Of a stretch of 64,000 nt of DNA, positions 1-10,392 are shown one piece after another. The notes under the pieces are model-generated. The model searched no databases. It saw only the letters and a list, made by a program, of their open reading frames with translations, and was not told where the DNA came from. Source of the DNA: Raillietiella orientalis (lineage: Eukaryota); NCBI GenBank assembly GCA_036172245.1, contig JAYWIR010000013.1, positions 1,798,001 to 1,862,000 on the forward strand. Direction: 5' to 3'. Each line of letters opens with the position of its first letter. Position 1 is the stretch's first letter. Both the position numbers and the translations under genes were made by a program.

Positions 1-259
1 GGCATTCCTGTCGTTCTCGCCTCTCTTGACTGCGTTCCGGGCAGCCACAATCCCGCGTTCCGACGCCCGGCAAGTTCCCCGTTCTTCGATTGAAGGCTGC
101 CTACGGAGGAGGCGGCATCGGCGGTGGCCGTCAACTTCCCCAAGTGCCGCTTTCCCACGAACCTGCGAGGTGCATCATCCCGACCGACCGAGTTCACCCA
201 GGTGTCTGCTGGAGAGGAGCGGAACTCGACTTGGAGTACAAGGGCGGACTGTGTAAACC

Positions 260-1000
260 CGACGTTGCCACCCGGTCACGTCCGGGGCGTTCACTGAAAC
301 AACAAACCTACAACTGTTGTGGTGGGACACGTGGCCCTACCACGTCCAGTTCTACAACATGTCTGCCGGGTCGCCGCCGGTATGCAGACCGGCGGGATAT
401 CCTCGGCAGAAGTGGGGAGGGGGAAAATACAAAAATAAAAAAAGTAAATAAATAAATGTAAAATAAATACTTATGTATCTATTTTACATTTATTTATGAA
501 GCCTCTGAGATGGATCACGAAGGGATCACTGCCTGCTGGCGGGCGTCCTCTGCGCCCCTTCCAGGATGCCGGCTAGGTCCTTCCGGATAGCTCCCTGGGG
601 GGTCACTTTGCGGCCATCCACAGAATGCGGAGTGCATAGTCGATTGGGTCCCCTTCGTTCGCTCCTGCTTCAGCGTCGCCCCAGACCTCCACGATCCCGT
701 GGATGCAGCAAAGTGCTGCTGGGCATGCGGCTCGCGGAAGAGCACCCCGCACGAAGAGTCACAAAACGTCCCTGGGGCTGCTGATCGCAGGGACGCCTCC
801 CCTTAAAATACCACATGGACCGGAGTGCGGCACAGTCCTCGCGAGCAGAAGCGGGAGGGATTCCCGTTCCTCTCACTGGACCTGGGAGTCTGGGCTCGCG
901 CTACTCAGTGCCCAGTGACCTCGGCAAGCGCTGCAAGGAAGACTCTAGTGCAGCAGCAAAAGTGCTGGATCCCGCCACTTCAGGGGGAGCGTAGGCTCGG
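260..1000 (-). mobile_element. L1/Tx1-like LINE 3' fragment (zf-RVT region plus 3' UTR)
   Basis: Homologous to 41930-42360, 25870-26060 and 5690-5870 (shared GTGATCCCTTC end of ORF2). U-rich 3' UTR, stem-loop at 374-395 and terminal CCGGGTGGCAAC motif. Confidence 0.7.
448..497. repeat. AT-rich inverted repeat, 23-bp arms (1 mismatch), 4-nt loop
   Basis: ATAAATAAATGTAAAATAAATAC (448-470), TTAT, GTATCTATTTTACATTTATTTAT (475-497). Confidence 0.9.
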
Positions 1001-2129
1001 CAAAGGAAAGCGGGGCGCAGGCATCCTTCCGGGACGCGGGAACACAGGTCTTTTGCGCATTTTTCCCGGACCCCTCGAGAACGGGAAGCAAATGAAAAAC
1101 AAAAACGGGAAGGAGGCAGGGCGGATTCGTTTCAGGTTTCGCTTCTCTGAGTGCAGCCTGGAGCAGTGACGAACGCGCGCGCTAAAGCCAACACGGCGTC
1201 GAATCCAAAGAGACCCAAAAGGCAGAGCAGCAGCATCGGACACAAGGCCACATCCTCACCCTGAAGCCACATCCGCTCAGGAAATTGCTCCAGGGCGGGG
1301 TGTATTGGCCTTCTGGGACAACAAAAACTGGACTCCAGGCGGGCATCACCCGTGATGCGGGCCAACGTCGGACAGCATCCGATCCGGGCTGCTCCGGGAA
1401 GCGCGCCGGATCGGATCACGAGGCGAGGAGACCTGTCTGCCTGCTCCGGTCTCTTCGCTTCACGCTCTCCAGGGAGTTCCTCGTCCTGGAACCCGAATCG
1501 GGAGCGCACTCGCTGCCCTCTCCGGTTCACGCTCCGACGGCGGTGGTGGCAAGGAACGTCGCGTAGGAACGTCACGTAACAGTTCCTTTGCAAGGCGCGG
1601 CCCACCTGGTGCGGTTCCCATCTTTCGGAGTGGACCGGGGCAGCGGATGCCGTCGAGTGCACCTCAAGAAAAACGCGGGTCCGGAAAAACAATGGAGCCG
1701 GTGGGCAAGACGACATCCATTGTTTCCATCTTTCCTTGCTGACAGCGCGGTCATTACGGTTGCGTCCACTCTTCTCTGATATGTCAAAGGGCGATTTCTC
1801 CTTCCGCGCGGGAAGGGGGAGTGGCGGACAGGGCGGCACTTTCCCCTCCGAGGCACGGGCGTCACGAAGTAGCACCGGGTGGGGAGGGATGGGGGGGGGG
1901 GATGACACACACCACTGTAGAGGCAAAGCTCGCCGTTCCATTCTCGAAGGGGAAGGGAGGGGGGGCGGGACGTGGAGAAACAGAAACGGCCGGCACGACA
2001 TCGGAAATTCGCGTGGGCGCCTCCATTGCACCCGGGAGATTCCTAACCTCGCGCGCGGGCTCCGGGTCTGCTCGCGCGATAAACCCGAAAAATTGAAAAA
2101 GCATCCGGCGGCTTCGTCGCTCTCTCATC

Positions 2130-2700
2130 ACTGAATCCATGGCCTTACGTCGGTGAGCGTTGCCGATGACCTCGGTTCGCCTCCGAGAGCCCTGCCTCCT
2201 CTGTCCCGAGTTCTTGCCGGAATGCTTTCAGCAAACTTCTGGAAGCGCGAGAGACACGCTGGCATTGGTTCGTGGGCAGGCCCTTCACGCCGGCTTGCTA
2301 GGAGATTATGGTGCAGTTGAGCAATCTGCAAGCACGGAAGGTTCTTGCGGGTGAGACAAAATAGGAACCATCAGTCCTCGGATGAGAGAAAGAAGGGAAA
2401 GCGCGGATGCTGCTTGGAATTATCGATTCCTACGAGGCGAATCCAGGATGACAGGCAGCTTGGTGGTAGGGAGAACGCGAAGACACTCTGGGACTGTTCC
2501 TTAACGGTTCCGTGGTCTTGGAAAGAGACGCCGCCGCTAAGCTTAGAGTGATGCCATCTTCAAGCTCTTGGTGCCCGCGCTGGGATGCTGCGCCTCCTGC
2601 ATTGAACACCTTCGCATTATGTCCCTCAATTGTCTTGGATGGAGCGTCCTCAATTTCTCCAAGGCGCACCTCTGTGATCCTCTCGCATCCAAGCAGAGTC
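2130..2700 (-). mobile_element. Degenerate non-LTR RT N-terminal fragment
   Basis: Across frameshifts it reads DGITL..., ESIIPS..., GHGF, resembling the PGPDGI / IIPIPK / QHGF motifs. Weak. Confidence 0.35.
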
Positions 2701-2999
2701 TCCGCCCTTCCTATTCCACATTCCGGGAGTGCTTCTGTATTTGAAGCAAGGAGGCATCCTCTACCCTATCGGGTCAGAGCTTCCTCTTAGACATGTCTTC
2801 GACCTCTAACACTGGAGCTGGTCGAAGGCCGTTTCCGAGGTTGCCCTCGAACTTTCGCTGCTCGGAACCGCCAGCTCTCCGAAACACGCAAGAGAAGACG
2901 ACATAGCCGGTTCTCTGATCAGAGGCAGCTAATCTGAATACGAAGACTGATCAGAACGAAGGTTGGGTAACTGTGGTGACTTCCGAGAGCTTCTGAGCA

Positions 3000-4820
3000 G
3001 CGGACGAGGCGAATCCATTGAAATGAGAAAGAATGATCCCTTCCTTTCTCTCTTCTCTCACCCCCCCCCCCCTCCGTCCTTCACCGAGAAAAACAGGGTA
3101 CGAGACTTGACCATGGAAGCGGCACTGGTTCGCCGGAAGAAAGGCTCGCTCTGGTGGCTGCTCCCTACTAGAGGAAGGAGGGGGGAAACCCGCAATTCGG
3201 CCAACTCCTCGGTTACCGTTGTTTCCCGCTGCCTCTCCGCCATCAGCGCGGCGTCTCTCGTGGGATTTCCCGGACGAATCAGCTGAACAGCAGTCCCCGT
3301 CGGCTTGGAGCTGCTTGCGTTGGGTAATGACCAAGCTGTCACGGGACGCCGCTCACAGGCGCTTCCCCGCTGAGGCTGCAGCGGGGACGTTGCAGGGCCG
3401 ACCGGAGGCGCAGACGATCAGGGAGTTTCGAGGAAGATACAGCAGCGCCTTTTGATGTGCCAGCGAAATGGAAACCGGACAGAAAGCATCGCATCTGTCG
3501 AGAGTGACGCCATCTCCATGGGAACTGGGAAACAGCAGGAGGCGGTGTCCCTTCTTGTGTTGGGAATTGCAGGAAATAAAGCAAATGCTGGGTAGGGAAA
3601 ATTAAAAAAAAAAAATTCCACAGAAGCTCCTGGAGGCGGAAGATGCTGGAGCATTTCAGGAGCATCAGGAAACTCGCAAGTTCCAGGGAAGGGGATCATG
3701 GCTCGCAGTCCACCGCACTTTTTTCGTCGGTCCATTTGCGGAAGAAGCCTTTCCTCCTCTTCCACTGGGACATGCGAGGAAATAAGAAGCTGGTTGGATG
3801 GAGCACGGCAGGCTCTCTGCGGCCGACCCCACCGGCCGTCGGAGGAGCAACCGAGTGCACAAGCAAATCCCAGCTCGTGAGGATCCTGAAGAAAGTTGAT
3901 GGCCATCATGGAAGCTTCTAGGGAATACCAGGCTAACAGCTCAGTTGCTTCTTTCCAGAAGTGGGACAAGAGCGTGACGCTCCACCCGAATTCTGGACGG
4001 TACGGCCACCTGCCTGCACACAATGGGTTTCACTCAGTCAAAGGGCATAGCGCGGGCTTCTGAAGGGGGGGGATTGTGGAATTGTCTTCTGTTCGGTGCC
4101 TGTATCTCGTGGCCGTGAGTCACCATGGCACTAAGAGTAGGGGCTGCGTGGGAAAGCCCTACAAAGCATCGGGGATCGATCTCGGTGGAGACCGACGGTC
4201 TGTGAGTAGAAGCTGCGTAGGGAGAGCGACACGGAGATGAAACTTGACTTCTGGCACAGAACCCACCCTGCGGTCCGGGATCCCGAGAGCAGTCAGCTGG
4301 GAGTTTTCGAGGTTTACTGCTTCAGAATTTGCATCCTCAACGCCCTCTGGAAGACCGACGGCAGCAGTCATCGAGGGTAAAGCTCTCAGGGAGGACGAGG
4401 AGACCCAATTCTGCAGCTCAGGGAACGCAATGCCGATCTCCAGAAGCAGCACTCTTGGAGCACTCGCAACATCCCGAAGACTTCTTGAGCACGAACATCT
4501 CACTTCACCGATGGAATACATTGTGTAAGAAGGTGGGGGAGGATCCAGAGCACTTGCGTGGCCTTCGTATCCCGGGACCTTCGAACGGATCCACATAAAG
4601 GGCTTGTGGACAAAGGAGGCACATGGATCCGGTTGGTCCCGCTGGCTTTCGATCAATGCGGATTCGTTTCCCGAGGCAGCTGACCTTCCTTCTGGGTTGT
4701 CCTGAAGGCAGGCCTAACTGGATGAAGGCGCAGTACACGCAGACGCACCGGAAAGGCGCCTACTACTCTTCCTCCGGCCTGTTTACTGTGCTCCCGTGTG
4801 GATGGGGGATCCTTGTTCAC
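3000..4820 (-). mobile_element. Degenerate RT-RNase H non-LTR retrotransposon 3' half (I-group-like)
   Basis: Motif remnants in the expected order: post-RT AVGLPE...LSGSRTAGWVL, RNase H ELGFACAL...QRACRA and VRWTASHDPLPWN (cf. WTPGHSGIPGNE), then zinc-knuckle remnant GHYPTQ. Confidence 0.5.
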
Positions 4821-4859
4821 TCTTGGTTCACGCGAACGACTGGTGACACAGGAGACCCA

Positions 4860-6125
4860 TAAAGTTGGAAAATGTCCGTTTCAGTGTCCTCTGATGATCG
4901 GCTGAGCGACTGTCTCCCGGATTACCTTCCCCTATCTCGATGCGGTGCAGGCAGTGCGCGGGCAGTGACAGCTGGCTGGTCCGTGGAATTTCACCCTGTT
5001 CCAGAGATGGAGATCCTCTGTCATCTGACGGGGACCACTGGACGGCCTCTCGGAGACAGGGAACTTCGTCTTCTCTTGCATCTGGGAGGTAGCTCCCAGA
5101 GAAAGAGGAGGTGGAAGACAAGGGTGTTCTCGTGAGAGCTGCAAGAAGGTGTATGAAGAAAATGAGGACGTTTGGGGGAAGTTTCTGTTGGGGCACGTGC
5201 AACCTCCCTCTTACAGGTTTGCTCCTTTTCGAAATAGTCAACTCATCCAGATGACAGGTCAGAAGTTTTCCTCCCTTCTTTGAAAGACCGCCAGAGGTGA
5301 AGCGCCACCTGACATTTGCCTTCCAAAGTCTTGGGGCGGAAAGCGAGTCCTGCCAATGCAATGGGGCCTCAATTCGTGGTGAGAAGAGAGGCGTGAGAAG
5401 ATCTTCAAAGTGCCCTCCCTGGAACGAGTCAGTCTGTGTGTTGAGCAGTCGCTTAGACATGAAACGGGACCCAAGGAAGGGAAAAGAAGGGAAGGTGGGT
5501 GGGAAAAGGGGCCCCTTGCGTTTGGGAGGCGGTTTCCAGCGAAGGAGGTGGTGGAAGACAAGAGTGTTCTTGTAAGAGCTGCAGAAAGGTGCATGAGGAA
5601 GACGAGAGTGTTTGGGGGCGAGAGTGGAAAAAGGAGGAAGGGAGAGCATCCCTGCCAGCCGCCGCGTGTGTTGCAGTTCTCTGCTGCATACGCGGAATCC
5701 TGGATAAGTGGATCGCGTCAAGAAGAGGCCACAGGAGTCGGAATGCCATCCACTGGGCAGTCATCTCCATGGAGAAGGCTTCCCGTTGGCACCGGCTAAG
5801 AAAAATACTGCCGGCACTTGTCCTCATCCAAAACCGGATGCAGAGGCCTCCTCACGGCGTACCGTGATCCCTTCCCTTCCCTCCACTCCCTATAAAACAT
5901 TGTCCCCCCAGACGTTTTTGTTTTTTTTTGTTTTTTTTCTGGTTTTCCCGCCCCCTTCGCCAGTGGAGAGGACCTTACCGGTCTGCGAGTCGGTAAGGAC
6001 AGGTGCCCCGAGACAGTCAGAACAATCTGTTCTGACTGAACAAGAAAATTCAAGGACAGGACTTTACTATGAAATTTTTGTGAAATTTTAATAATAAAAG
6101 TCCCAGCTTACCCGGGTGGAAAACC
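4860..6125 (+). mobile_element. Tx1-like LINE derivative: duplicated ORF1 remnant joined directly to ORF2 C-terminus and 3' UTR
   Basis: ORF1-like SVSSDDRLSDCL, RLDMKRDP..KVGGKRG and ECSCKSCRKVHEE. Internal duplication 5079-5178 vs 5519-5618. Then the ORF2 end AIHWAVISMEKASRW, a T-rich UTR, hairpins at 5973-5998 and 6014-6038, and AATAAA at 6093. Confidence 0.6.
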
Positions 6126-6129
6126 TACA

Positions 6130-7350
6130 GTGGGATAGGTCGTCGGGGATTGTCGCGATGGCTTTGGCAGTGCCGGCGAGATTGCGGTGATGACGAGGAG
6201 AATGAAGATTCCTAGGGGGAAGATCCCCTGGAGGAGAGTAGGCTACCCGGCATCGTAAGATCTCCCCGAGGATGAGATCTCACGACATCTCTTGAACCGA
6301 TTGTACCACGGCGCCAACTTCCAGAGCGTTTTCTGGGCACGTCTTCTGCACCACCGGCCGGCTGAAGGGGCTTCGCGCTGAAGGACTGGACCGAATCTGC
6401 AACAGCAGCGGCATGCGGCATCCAGTTACGCACTCGCTGCAGCCAGCCACCCAGCGTGGGGAGCGAAACGTGCGGCCACAAGGAAGTGGGTTCGAAAAGC
6501 ACGGCTCCACCAGTGGCACCATCGATCGCCACAGTATGGAAGGCCCTGCTTGCGTAAAGACGTGGGGGAGGTGACGTTGCTAAGCCACCCGGGTTCGTTT
6601 CCGATGTCCCTGGATATTTTCAAATGGAGCTTAGCGGAAGCGCATCGGAGGATGGGGACGTGCCCCCTCCCTACCTTCCTTCCTGGGGTCCTACCTCATC
6701 TCTCCGGGAAACTCCCAGGCGCCAACGGGCGGAGGCGATGCTCTTCCGGGTAAACCCATCCGTGTCAGCGGGCGACCCCAAGAGTTTCCGTCCGCCGACA
6801 CGGGAGCGGGGGTGGAAGCAGAGGCAACGAGGCCGCCACAGAGAGGAGCCGTCTGCCGTGGGAGGAGGCGGCTGAAGGACTGCATCCGGTCCGTCGTCGT
6901 CGTCGTCTCCAGGGAGCGGGAACGCCTCCGGGAAACTCCGAAGACGGAGCACGGGAGCAGGCTGCTAGTGGGCCAGGCATCTTTAAGACGAATTCCCTCG
7001 GCGAAGACCCGCTGTGGGTCCACAGGACGAAGGTCTCGTCGCTCCCTCACGACATGGGAACATGTACCCTTACAAGGGTGCTGGGGGGACATCGACAGGA
7101 CCCTTCGGATGGCGGGAAGCGGGAACTGCTCTTGAAGCCAAGGGCGGGAGGGATCCTTCCCGCACTCCCCCCTTCCTCCTTGCAGAAGTGGGTGCAGGCG
7201 AAGAAGACGCCTCTGAGAGAGAGCGGGGAATTCCTGTGGCAGCTGTTCTCGCAACAGAGGTCACCTCGGAGACTGCTTAGCGGCCCGTGCGAGGGGCAGG
7301 GCGCCTGCGGTCGGGGGGGGGTCCCCTGCATTAGGGGACCGCGGACGACG
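6130..7350 (+). mobile_element. Degenerate L1/Tx1-like ORF2 (APE end to RT)
   Basis: GLDRICNSS (cf. SRLDRIYVS), SGKLPGANG (cf. GKSPGPDG) and GDPKSFRP (cf. KNWRPI) in the correct order. Confidence 0.5.
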
Positions 7351-9629
7351 AAGCGTCCTCGCCTTGCGCCTTCTTGACGGGGAAAGCGCCGAAGCGCGCG
7401 CCAAGCTGCGGGAGCGGGAAGACGTTGCTCCAGGAAGAGGGCGACGCGAGGGAGGGGATTAGAGGGGTACCTCCCTCGGCCCTAGGACCGGAGAGATGAG
7501 CGAGGAGGGGAGGAAGGAAGGGCGCGCATCCCTCCTTATTCTTTCTCCCCCACCCATCCCAGCTTCTCGGAATGCGAGATGCGATCCCCGTGCTGAGGTG
7601 CTCCCGGGAGGGAACGCCCCTCTTTCGGGGGAGAGCGCTCTCCGGAGCCCAGAGGACCCTCTTCCTCCCTGAGAGGGTCCACCCACGAGGGCCCTGGAAG
7701 GGGGACTCGGTTCGACTCACCGCCGCAGGAAGGGGGACAAGGAGGTCGCCGGAGGACACAAGGCCCGCTCCGACTCCTGGACTGCAAGGATGATGCCGCT
7801 GCTGCAGCGTGGGGGATGGCCCGGCGAGCCCGAGGGGAGCCTCCTCTTCCCGAGGACTCCAGAGAATTTCCCCGGAGGCGCTGCTGGCGGAGAGACTCTC
7901 CGAGTGTCCTCCTGCGATCCCTTGAGCGATGCAGGAGGAGCGCCTTTTTCGTATGGGGTCCTCCCGTCGCGCATCCACTCCCCCTCGGCCCGACTTCCCT
8001 CGTAACCTCGGCCTGTACGGTGGCCGGGGCGACCGACCGGAAGGGATTTCCAGGCGGCTTCCGTTCTTCGTGAGCTCCTCGCTTTCCGCCTTGAGCACGC
8101 GCGCAGGAGGGCCCGCAGCGGTCGCGGAGCCGGAAGTTGCGGCCATCCAAAGGGGGAGGAGAAGGGGGGGAGGGAGAGAGAGAGAGAGAGAGAGAGAAGG
8201 AGAGGATGCTTTGGACCAGGAGGGTCCCACAGCTGGAAGTGAGGAATGCATTGCAGGATATTTTCATTCCCCGTGGCGCGGGTCAGAGGTCAATCCGAAG
8301 TCTCCACTCAACCGCAACGTAAACATCGGGGGGGGGGGGGAGTGAGCAGAAGAAAAAAAAAAAAGAAAGCAAAGGAGGAAGAAAGATGTGCGGGAGGGGG
8401 AGGAGGAGCCTCGTAGAAAGGAGTTCGCGCCGTTGCTCTCGGCAACCGGGCGCTGCCGCTTGGCGCGCTCGAAACGGCAACGTCCGGTTTCTGGCCTGGT
8501 GATGCCGCCGGGCTCCGCGAGTGTGAAGCGTCTTTTCCAGGGACGGGAGCGCGTCCTCTGTCTGGACGTACGACGACTTTCCTCTTCTGCCTTGCATCCA
8601 CGCATCCGCCGGAAGCGGCCGAGCGCGCGGGGAACGACGGGGAGCGTGCTCAAACTCTCCTCTTTCTCCCTTCTTCCTCCTCCTTCCTCTCAGGAAGGGC
8701 GGGAGGAGCCTCCGGATCTCGCCCCCCAGGCTGCTCTTCTTCGGGCTGCCCCCGGACGCACGCACCCACGCTCTAAAGGTCACACGGTTCTTTGCTTCCG
8801 CCTTCTGGTCAGGGTGGCTTCTCTCTCGCTCTCGCGCGCGCGGCTTGCGGAAGGAGGAGGTGCGGCGGGGGGCGGGTTTCTCCTCCGGGAGAGGGTGGAT
8901 TGGCTACACGAAGCAAGGGATCCTTTTTTTTTCTTTTTTCTTCCCCCGTCGCTCGCAAGCGCGCTGCCCTCTACCCTGGGGCGAGAATGCGGGTCTGGGA
9001 GAAAAGAGGAGGGGAGAGAGGGAGAGTCTGGCGCTCGTGGCAGAGGAAGAAGGGTGAAAGGGGGCGTGGGTGGAAGCGGGGAGGGGGTGGGGTGCTGGGA
9101 GGTGGCCAAGGGCGAGCCGCTTCGCACGTGTCGACGGCGCTCAACGGCGGTCGAGAGCGTCTCCTCGAGGGGAGTTCGCGTTCCTGCCGTGGGCGACGCT
9201 GCTGTCGCCTCCGTCCTGCTCCCTACCCGCCTGACCCACCAAAAGCGGTGCTCTTTTTCTCCCTCCCCCTTCCCTGCTTTCCCCTCCTCGGAAAGGGTCC
9301 GCCCCGAAGGGGGGAGGGAAAGGGGAGGAGAGAACGATCCCGAGGAGGAGGAGGAGGAAGGTGCGGTGAAAAATCTGCTGTGGGAATCGGCGAGGGCTGA
9401 AAGAAGGGGAGGAGATGGGGGGTCGAGGGAAACTAAGAAAGAAGGAAGGAAGGAGCGTCTTTTCGGGTCACCGCGGCCGCGCGAATTCCTCCCACGGCGC
9501 GCGCGCTCTGCGGCGGCGCTTGAGAGCTGCCGCTTCCCCGCACAACGGACTCGCGTTCTCGCTTGACGCCCGGGGCAGCGTCCGTCCGTCCGGAATGTCG
9601 AACGGACGCAGCTCCCTTCCCTCCTCCCC

Positions 9630-9881
9630 CTCCTCCCGTCTCTCTCTCTCTCTCTCACTCTCCCCGCGACGGCGCATCCATCGGAATGTTCCGCGAACTC
9701 GGAAGCCGGTTGGTTGGCTCTCGGATGGGCCCGGAAAGAAGAACAAAAAAAGAGAGGGGGAGGAAGAGGAGGAGGAGGGAGGAGTCTAGATGGACCGCGA
9801 GTTCCGTTTGGGTCCCGTTAGGCCAGGTGCGGCCTTTCAGAGCGGCGAGGAGCGCATCACCTTGCCGTCGCGGCGTCAGTT
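9630..9881 (+). promoter_or_regulatory. Candidate core promoter of the miniature-like gene
   Basis: (CT)n/GAGA tract at ~9639-9662 and arthropod initiator TCAGTT at 9876-9881, inside a TE-free GC-rich island upstream of the gene. No clear TATA or DPE. Confidence 0.35.
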
Positions 9882-10392
9882 CTCAAGTACACCGCGTGCA
9901 GCGCTGCTGCGAAGTTCCGTTGTTCGTTCTTGTTCTCCTTCCCACCCACCCCCTCCTCCCCCGCGCTTCTCGCTCGCTTGCCCTCCTCGTCCGTCTGCGG
10001 GCGTCTTCTTCGCCACCTTCCCCCCCCCCCCTTCCTTTCCATTCCTTCCCTCCGGGGCGCTCTCTCCCTGCCGCTCGGAACGCGGCGTGACACGGCGGAG
10101 GGAGGAGCGCGCGCGCTCCACCGCAAGACCTCGGCGGGCTTCAGGGCTTTCCCGTCGCGGTGCCGACGACGACGGCCAAGTGGAAGGAGGAGGAGCAGCA
10201 GCAGCAGCAGATTCTCCGCACAAACGGCAGAGAAGGCGACGACCGTCGTGGTGGTGGTGGCTGTGGCGGAGGTGGTGGTCCCCTCGGCCGAGCAGCAGTG
10301 GTCCCTCGCCTCGCGCGTCCTCCTGTGTTCTCGGCCCTCCGGGAGGAGCGCGCGCCCGGACCGGGACGAGTGCGGCCCACTCGAATTATAAA
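9878..10392 (+). other. Candidate non-coding first exon (5' UTR) of the miniature-like gene
   Basis: No ATG in 515 nt after the Inr. Ends at donor AA|GTGAGC (10393). The first coding exon begins with a clear splice acceptor at 12876, which implies an upstream exon. Confidence 0.4.

Noticed and set aside
6486..6503. B-box-like GTGGGTTCGAAAAGCAC
   Set aside because: No A-box or cloverleaf, and it lies in an APE/linker remnant.
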